Assembly: GCA_002633005.1 (NCBI GenBank)
Contig: NMRA01000218.1
Span: 205,113-269,112, forward strand
Source of the DNA: Phoronis australis
Taxonomy: Eukaryota > Animalia > Phoronida
Direction: 5' to 3'
Length of the DNA stretch: 64,000 nucleotides
Part shown: one piece after another, positions 47,405-61,630 of the stretch
How positions within the stretch are numbered: the stretch's first letter is position 1
How the letters are laid out: each line of letters begins with the position of its first letter
The notes under the pieces: generated by a model
Database searches by the model: none
Seen by the model: only the letters and a program-made list of their open reading frames with translations
Told to the model about the DNA's origin: nothing
Made by a program: the position numbers and the translations under genes

Positions 47405-50179
47405 CACGCCCGGAACAGGTCCGAGTGGTCATTAATGCGCATGCCTTGGTTTTACTTCCCATGTAATGGTTCAGGCGTGACTGAGTTAAAAGGTACCGAG
47501 TACCGATATTTAAAAATACTACTTGCAAACGACTTTTAACAAATGTCGTGACGCAAATGTGTTTTGTATGAAATACTTTCACCAAAAAACGTCGAATATG
47601 GAGACAACCGGTTGACTTTTAGAGAAATCAGTCTTAACTTTCACCTGTTGATTCCTTCGTATGACTGCTAAGCTCTGACCAGCACAAACGGCTTGCTGGA
47701 CAAGTTGAATGAAGCGTGATTTTAGATTAGATCGTGATAGTGGAATTTCTTGATTTTTACACTCCAGGAGAATGGTACGTAATGGGAGTCCGAATGATCT
47801 CGTCACCAGTCTCGCAGACTTGCCCCTTCTTTTCAACTTTCAACTTTTCTACTGACTGACTCCGTCACTGGCACCTCTTTATCATCTGATAGCTTGTTCT
47901 GGACCACAAACGCATAAGCTGACCAAAACGTCCTTGAACTGTAGCCAACATATATTCGAGCGGCTGGTTTAACTAGAAGAAACTAAGGTATCACGTTCGC
48001 TGTTCCTGCCTCTTTTGGCAATGGAATGTAAATCATGCCTACATTTTAAGCATTATCTATCCCTGGCCCGGGTCGTTAGCCGAATGAGTGAACGTAAGGC
48101 ACGTAAATTCATTATTATTAGTGGCGTAAAATTAATGGCATAAATTAATTAGTTGATGCCTAAATTAACTTAAAAACGGCGTAAATCAATTATATTATTT
48201 GCGTCGCTAATTAACTGTTAACACCGTAAATTAATTATTTACGGTATAAATTAGTTAATTTGCGCAAGTAATTCACGTGCGTAACTCTCACCCATTCAGC
48301 CAACAATACGTTTACTCCGCAAATGATCAATTTACGCCGTTAAAACTTAATTTAGCGGCAACTAATTACTTTACATCGCGTAAAATTAGAGGAATTCGTT
48401 GTGGCACAAGGGTATCGGTAAAACTTGACGGACACATGAACCGAGCCCATATACATGTATGCTGTTGCAGGAGTTTTTGTTTTCTTTTATATTACTTGAA
48501 CTTTCATCGGAAGCCACTTTCGTATACAACTGGCTTATCATCGGACGCCACTTTTGTGTACAACTGCTTTAAACAGAGCTCTGTAACATAGTGGTTTTCT
48601 TTTCCAACCCGGTTTGTTAAAGCAAAACTGGAACACATTTGAGGCGCTTTCCACTACTCGAAAGAATGATTTTTTCGTAGTTGTTGCATACTGTACAACG
48701 AAAAATTGTTCTGGTGAGTATAACAAAGAGCCTATCCAAATAGTTGGTACTTTGAGTACACCAAGAGCATTTTACCGCGTTTGGTTGAGTTATTCAATAT
48801 CTGGTCTAACGAGTCCGTGTAATCACATGAATGGTACAGTATATTTGTATGTAGCACACGGATTTGTTTAGTTTACACGACAAAAGCTTGTGTCGGTACC
48901 ATCCAAATAACAGTTATCATGATGTAGTATGTAATTCCTAGGTACAGCTGTACTGGTATTATGCTCACTAACCTTTTCTTAGGTAACGTTACCTCACGAC
49001 CTTTTGGGGAACTTGAAAGGTATACTGAATGGCGCGAAGCGGACAGCGCAAAACAATTATTCTCGATTCAGTGAGCTAAACTTGTAAGTCTATGAAGAAA
49101 GGCGGTTCGCGGTCCCCAGAAGACTCAGTGGCAAATACAGCTCAACAGTACATTGCAGGTCACCGAGTCCTTAACACGACCTAACCCGACCCCGAGAAAC
49201 TCGTAACCATATAGAGGTAAGTGTTATAATATTGCGTCGGAGTGGGAATTTTTCAGTCCTTTTCAAACATCTTCTCCAGTTGGTGGATTTTCAATGACAC
49301 AAGTTTAAAAATGTTCAGTATCACCGGCATTAATTTCATGTACACTTTTCCTAACATTGGTGCCATTTAATTTATTAAATGCTATCTGAGAAGTCAAAAT
49401 TGGTCTCATTAAATACTCCACAGTGAGCGAATAACGCCCCTTCTTCAAACCCGCCATTGATTTACAAAATTATCTACTTGGCCCATTTATCGCTTTTGCT
49501 AAGTTTTGCCGTAAACTGAGCGTATAGAATCTCTTCATCAAAGTTGATACATATACCGTTCTACCCTTTAAAAGCCCCATGCAGCGCTACCTGTGATAAC
49601 ATTTGTTGGTGTTTACTGTGTTTTTTGAGAAATCCTTTCTTTTTTTTAATCTGGCAAATGAAGATTTATAATTACACGTCAGAAATGTAAAGTATTACAG
49701 ATTGTCTTCACAGAAATTATGTTTGTGGGAAATACGCAAACAAACTAATTCCTCTAACAAACACATTAATTGACTGTTTCACGCATTAAAATCTGTCATT
49801 AGTGGGTTGTGCCATCCTAAACATAACCTTAATTATGAAAATTCGAGATTGAAATTCTTGTCTACTGCGTTCTGTCATTTTTGTGTAGCTATTAATTACA
49901 TTTGGGTGACAAATCCAGAGATAACAGATTCATTAACACTGATATTATTGACCATTCCTGCCAACAAGAATTTTGTCAGGCCCGTAATTCTGTCTATCAA
50001 ACATGTCAGTAATTTACATGTAAATGCTACACTGGCCCTGAATCTCTACAGAACATATGCATGTAGCTTTTTTCGTTTTCGGGCATGAGTGCTGACCGTG
50101 TGTATGCCAACCATGCTGGCCTCGAACTTATAGTTAAGTGTAATTTTAACAAGCCCGTGAGCGAGAGAAAAAACTTTTG

Positions 50180-50285
50180 CACACACACACACACGCACGT
50201 ACGCACGCACGCACGTACACTGTACGCACGCACGCACGCACACACACACATACACACACGCACGCACGCACACACACACACACAC
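50180..50285. repeat. (CA)n/(CGCA)n microsatellite
   Basis: Read directly from the sequence. Confidence 0.9.
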
Positions 50286-50386
50286 ATTTATTTATTTATC
50301 TGCATCTTCCAGCACCTCGCCAAGTTTCTGACTGGAGTAAACGTATGATTTCGTGGACTATGAAGTGCCAAAGGGTTAAATTTTAA

Positions 50387-51344
50387 CGAATTCCAACCGT
50401 TGACCCTGTGTCTCATAAATAATTTTATTTATACATATTAAGAACAGGTTTAAAAGTCTTTAGTTGCAAAGAATCAACCCAAAAATGAAAAATATAATCT
50501 TCCGTTATCGAGGTTGTACTGTACGTAATGGGTGGAAGACTGTCTCCCTCCGTCTTGTTGTTTTTAGCAATGCATCACTAAGGAGTTGTGAGGAAAGTCT
50601 GCGGAGAGCCGATTTATTCAGACATGAAAAGGAACGTTTGTGGATGCTTTAGTAACAGCGACTTGACTGAGAACGTCTCTGTGTTCAAATTTCCTAAAGA
50701 CGCGGAACTTGCACAGAAACAGCATCGGTTTGTGTGCCGTACGAGAGCGTGGAATGTCAGTGTGAAACATGCGATTCGGTTGGGAGCCACCCTTTGTTCG
50801 GCACCTTTCAACTAGGAATCGTGTTTCGACCAAATACAAAAGTGACGTTACGATAAAGGACTCTCAACCTTGTTATTTATTTGCAAATTTTATAAATGAC
50901 GAACAAACTGCTCCCGTTCAATATGCTAGGGCAAGTGAAGCCAGGCCCTCATCCCCGGCCCAGATCGAGTGCTACGACACGTAGGGTTATGCGCCGTGTT
51001 TAGACCGTGCTCATTCAATCACGACAACAGTGAATACGAGTGCCGGACTCAGGTTTAGTGTGACCTTTGCCAGTGATGTGTCTGTATTGCATAATAGTTG
51101 TCTAGTTCAACTTCAAGCTCACAATCGTCCTCGTCTTCTGATCTTCTGGGTTTGGCCATTGCAAGTGATTGTTAAATGACCAAACGTCTTCCACCCATTA
51201 ATTACACCATTTGGCGGGAAACTTGGAAATAACTAATTTCTCTTCAAAATTAAAAAAACACTTATTAAGTTAGATGTGATGGTGTTCAATTCACATTCGC
51301 TAACTGAAACCTACAAAAGTACGAAAATGCGTGGTTGGAATCCT
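50387..51344 (+). mobile_element. Kolobok-like non-autonomous element with TTAA TSD and a decayed THAP domain
   Basis: TTAA-CGAATTCCAACC ... GGTTGGAATCCT-TTAA; internal perfect 15-bp inverted repeat (50526/51186); peptide NVCGCFSN..VSVFKFPKD...RFVCRTRAW...LCSAPF; empty TTAA site in the paralogous MITE at 20968-20971. Confidence 0.75.
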
Positions 51345-51678
51345 TTAAACGTGTAGGCTACCTTTCTGCGCCTTGACTCGAAGTGTGCTTAATCAACGCG
51401 TAGTTTTGTAAGAAGCACCTAAGAGTTCTAAAACGAGTACGTTTTTGCACTTGAGAAATGTACTTAATCTGCGGGTACTTAAGCTTAATCTACGCGTACC
51501 TTTGCTTAATCAACTAGCAGTTTTAATCAGTCCGTGTAGTACAATCATGCCCGTGCTGTAGCTCACCGACATTGATTCTCAAAATGACGTAAGACATTGG
51601 GTGCTAGGCGACTTTTGGAGAATGTTGCAGCTTCTTATCAAGTCACCACGTGCAGTGAGTAAGTGATGGCGCCGTTAA

Positions 51679-53277
51679 AGAAGAATGCCACCCGATTTAA
51701 TTAGTTCGTTTTTACCGTCTTAATCGGTCTATATCCACATCGCCTCGGAAACGGTCGACCTTACTTTGCCGAGAGGTGTCGCGTTAACCTGTGAGGAAGG
51801 TGAGAAACGACGCAGCGACGTCAGTGGTTCATTTGCAGATTGAATGCCGCTATGTTGCAGTGCATCGTTTCGGCTTGTCCGAACTATGCAGTTGCGAGTA
51901 AAGCGGTCGTTTTTCGACTTCCTCGAGAGTTCGAAATGCTTGGGAAGTGGCTCGCGGTAGTGAAGAATGAAAAGTACTTTGTTAATAGCAAGTATGAGGC
52001 CGTGAATCATCTCCGTGTCATCTCCAGTCGTTGGCAGTGAGTCTGACGAATGCCGACTTACAAAGAACTATGCATACGTTCCGTTGGCTGTGCGTGTTCA
52101 GGGCGCCTTTCTAGTATTTCTTGATCACTGTATTCCGGTTCGAACTGATAGCCTGTGAAACTTAACGATTCACCTGCGAAGTCTTGAACTCTCGTCTAGA
52201 AGTCGGGATTCTTTTGACGTTCTGCGTTCTGTTTCAAAATGAAATATTCTGGCCCTAACCAATGGTTATATAAAACTGAAACAAAGTATGTCTCATTAGA
52301 TACAATTTGTAATTCCTTTGGAGTATTCGTGAGTGCAAATGTTTTGAGAAGCCAGCAATGAATAAACCGCTGCGTTACCGGCTTCAGATGCAACAAAGGT
52401 AGTTGACCGGGCACCGAGGCCGTGTGAGCGCATGCTAATTCAGTGTTTGCTGACAGAAACTGCTGTGAAAAATAACCCGATTTTCTATCCCACAGCCAGG
52501 TGTTAAGGGAATCTTTCTTTACATAAACATTATTCAAATAATGATTGTCAATGTTACAACTTTTGCCCTGACGGTTCTGTGGCCAAAGGGGAACCTGAAT
52601 TCGCGGCCCATGACGAGTAAGTAGATTTTCAGTTTCGTGGCTAATTCACCAACATAATCAGGTGCATATTACTTCTTTGGCTCACTAGTATAGTATTTTT
52701 TTGACTGGAAGTTAAGTTATGTTCGTGATGTCTTCAGTCCGGCCGCGATGGACCTGATCGGGTTTCGAGCCACTGGCCGGGATAACAAGCGTTTTGTGTG
52801 TTTAGAACTCAAAAAATCACAAGTCTAAACAACACAGGTATAGGATCTCATGTCTGTATTTCACGGAAGAATACTTCGAATTCATCTCCAAACAGACCCC
52901 AAACTCCTACTACGGACCTTGGTAAATTGGCCTGCCTAACTTTGTAGGCTACGGTGTGTCCAAATACCAATAAATCCGTAACAGTGAAATAAAACAACAC
53001 GTTTTTATAAGAACTCGGTGTATTTTTAAGGGTTTTACATCGAAGTTTGATGATTAATTGGTGTTAAACCATGAATTCAAGCGATAAGCTAACACCAGTA
53101 ACTCATGTTGTGAACTGCTGAACAGACTGCGTGTGAAACCAATGACGTCATTGGATAATTTCAACACCCCCGTCTGCCGTCAGGTGTCAGGTAACGCAAC
53201 CGAACGTGCCGTTATCGAGTAGAAGTACTCGATCTAAATTGATACAAAACAGGTTGTTTTTTGGGTGGCATGCTCCT
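51679..53277 (+). mobile_element. Second Kolobok-like element with TTAA TSD and a decayed THAP domain
   Basis: TTAA-AGAAGAATGCCACCC ... GGGTGGCATGCTCCT-TTAA (13/15 TIR); peptide MLQCIVSACPN...VFRLPRE..MLGKWLAVV...HLRVIS. Confidence 0.7.
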
Positions 53278-53699
53278 TTAACTGTGCTAAGAACACGTAT
53301 GTTTCAAAGAACACTGATTAAGTAAAACTACGCGTTGATTAAGTAGCAACTTCTTGGCGACTTGAGATTTTCATTGGTCGCCGAACGCAATCCGAGGTCC
53401 CATTGGCGACCTGCAAGTTGTCAAGTCGACCGCTGGACAAGCAGCTGATAACCTTTTGCTCGGAACAGACTAAAATTACGTTATCTCTTTTCAAGAAATA
53501 AATCGTCGCATTAAAACTGTTTCTTTTACTAGAGAAAACTTGCAGCCTAACGCGCAAGCACATACATATAGGATGTGATCCGCCATGTGAACAGTCTGAG
53601 TGAAGTATTTGGAAAATCTGCCGAAAAAATGAAAGAAACTTAGGAATTCGAAGGGTATGGGATAAACACAAAACATACCTCGATTGGCGTATATGAAGT

Positions 53700-53790
53700 A
53701 ATATCCCACTCGACATAATTCCGCGTATCGATCTCGACCGTCGGTCTCGGTCGATACGTAATAATGTCTCGTAGGATATTGTTTTATGTA
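53700..53790. repeat. Imperfect hairpin (possible Crypton-like or other palindromic non-autonomous element)
   Basis: AATATCCCACTCGACATAATT..GTATCGA is mirrored by TCGATACGTAATAATGTCTCGTAGGATATT. Confidence 0.4.
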
Positions 53791-55446
53791 GGCCACTCTC
53801 GATACGTTTTGTGTGTATATTGCGTCACCGCGATATCCCAGTCAAAACAACAAAAGACTGATAACAGTTGTATTGAACAGGGGTCTGAATTGGACACCAT
53901 TGCGTGCGGGTGTTGTTTGAAGCAGTTTGAATTGTAAGGCGTTTCTCGCGGTGACGTAGGCAAAACCAAGCCAATATGCCTAACAGTTCGTTCCATTTGA
54001 CAATTTATGAAGCTAGTGGGCTCAGAGCGATGCTCTTAACACACAGTAGGAACCGTTTAAGATAGGCTTTAACAATTTGTTCATCACGTTGTATTCTGCG
54101 GAGTGTTGAATACGTAAAACTTTATTTAATTTGGCTAAGGTGCCAGGTTTGTTTATTTATTTAAGTATTGGTGCTGTTGAAACCTCATGTCAGTCTCTAC
54201 ATGTACGCCCAAGGCATATATTACTACCTTCTTATTTCTCTTTTTTGTTGCGTGGTCCTGAGTACTGTGCATATGTATTGATTTTAGTAGTTGTTATTTA
54301 TTATTAAGTACATGTATAAGCGTATTATCTCTTTCTCTGTAACAGGTCGAGACACCAGTGGATTAGCGCTGTCTAGCGATCACTGGAACTATCTTGCTCA
54401 CTTCACGTTTCCAAATGAAAGTTTTGCAGGAAAATAAAAATAGAAAACCTTTGTTAACTTCATTTGATGGCGTTTGAGAATTCCTGCACAACTGTTTGAT
54501 GCTACGTTTCGCTCGACCAGAAATCGAAACGGGGTTTCGGTGTCTAACTGCCCGAACTCGAACTGATCATTGCCCTTTTGATAATTCTGCTTTCGTTAAA
54601 CGCTCGAAATAAGTCACTTATTTGAGTGCCTATGATTTTGTGCTCTAGTATATTATGCTTCACACAGGGAATTTCTTTTCTAGCCCAATTTCTTATGACC
54701 CTCAGATACGAGTTCCAGTTTGTACTCAACGGTGAAGCAGAAAATAGAGAAAATGATTGGCGCTCGAGTTCGGAGATTCAAGACCTCTGGCACGCATGTT
54801 AATGACATGCCCCTGCGTTTGTAAATTTACACGCACGCAAATGCAAACATGCACATCAACAGGCCAAGAATTTTACAATGACACTTGGCCTGCCTCAAAA
54901 TCCAACTGCTGTCTGGTGGTTAGGTACTGACATTATTACGTTTCACACACAGAATAATTAAGTGAGGAACATGATATGGCAACACTGTACCAAAGTTTTA
55001 GATTGTAAAAGTCACATATCTTGTCCGATTTACAAAATTCAAAAGCGTAATCACGTGTACTTTTCACGAACTACGCAAATATGCTAGTTACAAACTCTAA
55101 TCACGAAAATTTAAAAAATACTATCTTCACCCCTAGTGTGTTTATGATGGGTCTCATTATCTAGAGAACGGTAAGATCAGCAGCCTGAAGCGATAACTAC
55201 AACAGCTTGTCTTTGATCAATGCCGTAAGAGTTCGAGATACACGAACTGCTCGAGTTGCCCAATCACGACTGATGAGGGTGTCGACGTAGTGGCAGTGTT
55301 AGTTTTCATTTTCCAAGTTGACGCAAAGTATCTTGCTCAGAGTGAAAGAAGAAAGTGGGCAAAATTACTGTACACACCAAGTCTACAGAGCCATCATCAA
55401 AAGGCTAAGTTGTCTTTCAGGTAGACATCCACGTACTGGCCACCTG

Positions 55447-55614
55447 ATGACACCATCTTCAGTCGCAGCGCTGTTAGCGATCTCTTTGCTTTGCGATCAC
55501 TGTAACGCCGATGATTTCAACTATGTGGCTGTTATTGATGCGGGCTCATCAGGTAGTCGCATGCACGTGTACAGATGGAAGAAGCAGGTTAACGCCAGCC
55601 ACGGAGTCCCAAGC
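55447..55614 (+). CDS. ENTPD: NTPDase paralog 2 exon 1: signal peptide + ACR1 (IDAGSSGSRMHVY)
   Basis: ATG, hydrophobic leader, ACR1, AGC|GTAAGT donor. Confidence 0.93.
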
Positions 55615-57510
55615 GTAAGTTTGCATGACGCTTGTGTTATATACGGAAACAAGTACCAAAGTCACTTTTACATAAAAGCTACTTATAAATTTCTCATCTT
55701 TAAAGAGATGGGTTGACCTATCCAGGTTTATCTTGTTAACTCTCTGTTGAGTACATTGCCGAGAAAAGCGTCTCCACCCACACAAAGCCTTGATTCATTC
55801 AATTGTTATGCGAGACAAAGTTTTATGAATGTGGCTAAATGCCATTGCTGTACAGTATGTTAAACTAGAGGCGGGNGGGTAAAACCACGCCCACTGGGAC
55901 AGGATCAAACATGAACATTAAAGAAACATCGCCAGGAAAACGAATCAGCTGCAGAAACAAAAAATCTAACACGGGAGGGGAACCCCTCCTGACCTCCCTA
56001 CGCTCGCTGTATGCGCCTCGGATTCGCGCGAATCCTAAACCCCCCTGACTGAAAACGTAGATATACTACTGTGTTTGCTGAACTGAAGGTAACTGTGAAC
56101 CTTCTTGGATTTAAAAAACTGTTTAAATATTCAGGGCTTGGAATTTTCTTCTTTTAAGAGGATTTCCTCCCTTTTTGGTTTCGATTTCCTTTTACTTGAT
56201 TAAAAAGTTTCCTATCTTTTCGTCTCTTTTTATAATTATTTTGACTTTAGTCTTGGAATAACTTTATTTCAGTTAAATTTACAACACCATTTGTGTCACA
56301 CAAGCCTATTTATTTGTGGAACGATTCATCACCTGGAAAATGTTCCTCTTTTTGTCATTGGCCATTCCAAGCCCTGTATATCTCATTTGATAATACAGGC
56401 CATTAAATAATAAAGCACAAGGACACAATGGTGAGTCTGATATTCAGAAACAACTTACTTACGTTATGTGCAGACAACCTACATTTAGCTGTAAAAAACA
56501 TGCTTGGTTCTGAAACAATGCATTTAATTTCATTTCTTTAAAAAGTTTTTGGGAATTCATAAGCAATTGTGTGCGTGTGCTGTCATGGTTACTCTGATGC
56601 TGCGCGCGAGTGTCATTTGCGACAACCGTGGAATTCTAACGAAGAACGCTTTCCGGCAATCTTAAGCGCGCCTGTGCGCCTTAACTTTAGGTGGCTTCCA
56701 GTTATTCACCCCTAGGGTTTGTTTCATTGAAAGTCACAAAATTCACTTTCTATGAAAGACCTAAGACAAAGTTTGGTCTAACACTCTCACTTCATAACTG
56801 CTCAATACAAGTTCAGCAATGGCACGTAATTTTGAGTGCACTGGTGTCGGTAACTAGCAGTTATTCATATTCTCAGAAACTTTGCACTTCTGCTGAAGTG
56901 AGATTTATTTATTTTTCAGAAATAGTTTTGCGGGCGCTGACCAATGGCCTGTTTCATGAAAGGTGAGCTACGACTTCAGTCATAAATTTGGTCTTAACGC
57001 TCCCTTCAAATATATATTTCCAAAAATTAATCAAATCTCACTCCAACAAGAGCACAGATTTTCTAAGAATATACCCATGACTGCTAGTTACTGAGATAAT
57101 CTTTTATAAATAATTCTACATGTACATGTAGGCTCTAATGTGCATGTAGATGACTAAACAAGTGCCGGATTTAAGGGGGCCAAGGAGGGCCATGGCACCC
57201 CGGCCCTAAAATTCTCATAGATGCCATTTGGCAGTACTAGTGTACCAATGTCTAACGGATAAATCCTGGCTAATACTCTGCCCCGGCCCCTCTAACTCAA
57301 AATCCTGGATCCGCTCCCGTAAACCTCTTGATTCAGTAATTTTGAAGTGTGTCAGCGTAAGACCAAATTTCTGACTAAGTCATGGAACATACCCCAAATA
57401 CCTGACGGTCTGACGCCTTCAAGTCAGTTTTCATGAAACATATCCCATAAATCGCACAGGGGCATCAATGCAGCGGCTCGTGTAGCGAAAAGTAAGATTA
57501 TATATTGCAG

Positions 57511-57673
57511 GTGAATGAAATTAAAAACTTGAAGACGAAACCAGGTATCAGTACGTTAGCGGGCAAACCGGAGGAAGTGGCCAGCCACTTAAGGCCTCTT
57601 GTCAACCTAGCTCGTGACAGCGTACCATCAGATAGGCATGAAGACACACCCATTTACTTAATGGCAACCGCTG
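57511..57673 (+). CDS. ENTPD: NTPDase paralog 2 exon 2 (ACR2)
   Basis: ttgcAG / G|GTGAGC; same 163-bp length as paralog 1. Confidence 0.95.
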
Positions 57674-59200
57674 GTGAGCAAGTTTGCTTTCAAAACCCTA
57701 CATGTATATGAAACCAGGCGTCCTTAATGACGAGTCCGTTGTCCGAAATCTTTAACGTAATTAACCATATATTTTGTTTTGACCTGACCACCTGGTTTCA
57801 GAATTAAACAATATTTCTATCCTGGGAGAAGCATTTTCTCAGTAAAGCTAAAAGTATTTTTGACTCGTACTTAAGTGATTAATATACACCTATTTACCGA
57901 TTAATCTTATACATGGACAGATCATGTCTTTTTCTTTGATATAGTAGAATGATCACTTCTAGGTACATGGCATATCCAACTAAGGTTATGTAGAGGTCAG
58001 CCTTAGGATAAGTGAATAGGAGTCTTCTCTCGGCAGTTGCATGTAATATTTCTAAATAGAATCTCAACTTAGTTCCCTAAGTCTTCGAGGCGTTTGTGTC
58101 TTGGTAACCAAAAATACTAAAATGTTTTTTGTCAATTTATCTTCTTTATCAGCTCCTCTTTGGCTAATGGAAATTTCTTATGTAATACGTTTGAAAATTA
58201 ACCTTTGATTTCAACGAAACTAAATAAGGATTTAGTCCTTAAATTGGGGGAGTTGCCTGGAAAGCTCCCTACTTATTTTCAAACTAGAAAAATAGTCTTA
58301 GATTTTACTCTCACGGTGTGTATCAAAGCCTAATTGACTTAGTAACGTAGATAAAACAGCATTAAAAGAACAGTCAGTGCTTACAAAGGTCCAAACATAT
58401 GTTGCAAATTTAGGGAACATAGATGGTTACCTATTTGGAACTGTTTCATGCAGCTGACAAAGAAGTCCAAAATTTCGTCTTAGTACGCTTCCGTTTCGGA
58501 ATTATTGAAAATAAAGTCTTTGGATATTTAATAATAGCGTATCGTAACTGAGAAATGTTTTATGCCGAATGAAAAAATTGTAAGGCTGGTTATATTCCCA
58601 CATACTTTATACAATACTTTGCTGAATTGATCTACTTTCCGGAAATAACTGTGTGTGGCATATGCCAAAATAAACGACTCAAGCCTGAAGTTACTTTGCC
58701 CGAAGCAGGCCCATTGCCCGGTTGCACGAAAAAGTCCCATATAGAACGTAATGACAACAAAGGTTCCTAAATCTTTTGTGTATTTGTGTCGCTATTTATT
58801 CACAGATTTAACCTTTTTCTATCATTTTATCTTCATAGTTACCTTCTTTTTTGCTAATGACATTATTAATTTCACTAAAAACTTAACCCGGGATCGACTT
58901 ATTCCTTAATATGGGCGTTACATGAAAAGATTCCTATTCATTTTCACTAATATCAAGAAATCAACTGAGTTCCTTCTCACTTTGCATCAAAGCCGAAAAT
59001 AACATAGTAGTGAAACTTGAGAGCAGCATTCACGAAATGATAGTGTTTTCACGAGTCCTCCAATACGAGGAAGAATTATAGAACCTAGTCCCCATTTCGG
59101 AATTTCTCAGTCAACCGGACCCAGAATCTTTTGAAAGTACTCTGTATACTAAAATGTAACCACGTAGGGATTGTTCACAAAATGTACATCTGTTTTGCAG

Positions 59201-59387
59201 GAGTGCGATTATTGCCTCGTTTGAAAAGGAGCAGGTTATTTGAAAAAATACACGCCTTCTTTGAGAATCCGACCATGTCACCATTTTCCTACTCTCGAGC
59301 CAATTCGCACGTGTTATCAGGGGAAGAGGAAGGAGTTTTCAGCTGGGTTGCGGTTAACTACAACCTTGGATTTTTCACGAATGCCAG
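59201..59387 (+). CDS. ENTPD: NTPDase paralog 2 exon 3 (ACR3)
   Basis: ttttgcAG / AG|GTTTAC; 187 bp; protein identical to paralog 1. Confidence 0.95.
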
Positions 59388-60015
59388 GTTTACTTCATAA
59401 TTTCTCTTGCTATTCTGTGCCTTAGTTGCATATATGTTCTTATACGCCGGAGAACAATTATGTCGTCATGTAACCAGGGTATCGTGAACAACGCGGTTCC
59501 TCCAATTGTATTAAACTTTTGTGACAATGCATTTTTCTTCTGGCTGGAGGCTACATTGACAACAAGGCCCATACTATTGTAATAGCACACACGCAGAGCT
59601 AAAGACAGAAATGTTAATTTCTTCATGGTATTCAACTGTCAAAATTGCTTCTTCTCTTGTCTTCTGGCTACGTTGTCAACTGACATGTCGACACTTATTG
59701 TCCATTAGTTTAAACAAAGTTGTGAATACGTTGGTGTTCTATATACATGTACACTAAAGGAGTTTGCTTTTCAAATTCTCCGTAAAAGGTATTTCGACGA
59801 AAGGAAAAAATTTGGTTACCGAAAGAGCTTACGTAGCAGCCCGAGTCTGTTTCGTACGTTTTGAACCTACGCAACTCGGTTCCTATATAGCATATGTACC
59901 ACGTGATCGGAAAGTCATAAACGGTATGTGCTGAAATTTTATCGAAAAACGTTTCACTGAAAGGGCGTAATGTACTGAATAATAAAAACCTAACGAATGA
60001 GAAATTTCCCCTTAG

Positions 60016-60254
60016 CGTTACGAAGAGTGTTGGCTTGCTTGAGATGGGTAGTGCGTCTGTGCAGGTGGCCTTTATTCCGAACGGACAGATCCTAGCAGAA
60101 AAGTTTCCTCTGAAAGTTGGCAAGACGCACTACAGCTTGTACGTACATAGTTACCTGCAATTTGGTGCAGATTATATGGCAAAGAGAATAAGACAACATT
60201 TGCACGATAACCAGCCGTCGGAGTCGGTCCTCTACAACCCATGCATGCTAAAAG
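60016..60254 (+). CDS. ENTPD: NTPDase paralog 2 exon 4 (ACR4 variant EMGSASVQ)
   Basis: cccttAG / G|GTATAC; 239 bp. Confidence 0.95.
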
Positions 60255-60711
60255 GTATACTTCGTCAATGTCGCCGTTGATTGATTTAGTCCTGGAATGG
60301 AACATTGCTTTGTCTACAAAAGACACTATAACGGATTAATTCTTCTGGACGCTATTTTCTCCAAGCAGCAACTGCCTTTAAATTTTTACCCAGGGCTGTA
60401 CTAGGAAAGTTTGAGTNNNNNNNNNNNNNNAGGGAGGGACGGAGGGAGGGAGGGAGGGAGAGAGAGCTGAGATAGGACGGCTCTAGTGTTTTCTGGTAAT
60501 TTGAAATAGCACTCAATATTTGAAAAGGATCAATTCTCATGGAATGTTTATTACTGATTGCCTCTTGGTCCAATTCAATGTGCTCGGTGCTCCTAGCCGT
60601 ACACCTGGTACAGGCTAGAGTACATGGGATTGAGTTGAATGCACCTCTCGATGATCGTCAGCATCGCTAAGCCTAGACATACGGAGATGGTTAATTACAT
60701 GTAACTTTCAG

Positions 60712-60876
60712 GTGACAGTATAACCGACAACGTTAGGGGAAAGGGGGTGACCTTTCATGGGTCATCCAACTACACTGCATGTGATGCCATCACGCGGCCA
60801 TTCGTGTGGAAAGTTTCTAACGATAGGTGTCATCCCTCGCCATGCACAATCGGAAATACATATCAGCCTTACTTAG
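60712..60876 (+). CDS. ENTPD: NTPDase paralog 2 exon 5
   Basis: tttcAG / G|GTAATC; 165 bp. Confidence 0.93.
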
Positions 60877-61505
60877 GTAATCGGTTCTACGTTTTATTTT
60901 CTTTTTCAAGTTTCAACCGGACAGGTACAGTGTAAGCTGACTTGCTACAATTAATAGAAGCACGAACATTTTGCAGTGCCCGAAATCCAACCTCGATATC
61001 CAAACTCATTTTCTATCAAAACAACTGTCTTTGATTGTGTGCTCCATTGTATTACCGTTTATGAAATCAAGTAGTGTCGCGCTTGATGACACTACTAGCA
61101 TTCACTGAAGCTACCAGTTCGATTTTTGTTCCAAAAAGTTTCTTGGATCTTTAAATCATTGAAGTACGAATTCTGCTTATGCACTCATTGACCTTACCGA
61201 AGGCGCTGCATATTGAGAGTTGGATAGGGAGTACTGGTTGCAAAAATCTTCAAGTTATGACCGCTTCAGTGGTAGCCATGAAACAGTCGGTAGAACCGGT
61301 GCCTGTCAATTGAAACTGATGCTTTTATTATTGGCAATACGAACAATTAAACATATTTAGAAACGCATATTAAAGTTATTGCAATAAAAATTGATTACAG
61401 ATCACCAATTATGCAACACATTTACACTGTTTAGCCTATTTCATTTCACTACGTTAGTTGATCTCATTCATTATGAGTTAAAACTCTCATTTTTAACTAT
61501 TTCAG

Positions 61506-61630
61506 ACTCCAATTCGTTTTATGCTATTAAAGCTTTTGTGTATGCACCGGCCGCACTCGGAATCCTGGATGAAACCAAAGAACTGGACACTGGAGCTTTA
61601 AGGAATGCAGGGCGTTCGTACTGTTCGAAG
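61506..61630 (+). CDS. ENTPD: NTPDase paralog 2 exon 6
   Basis: tttcAG / AAG|GTAAAC; 125 bp. Confidence 0.92.
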
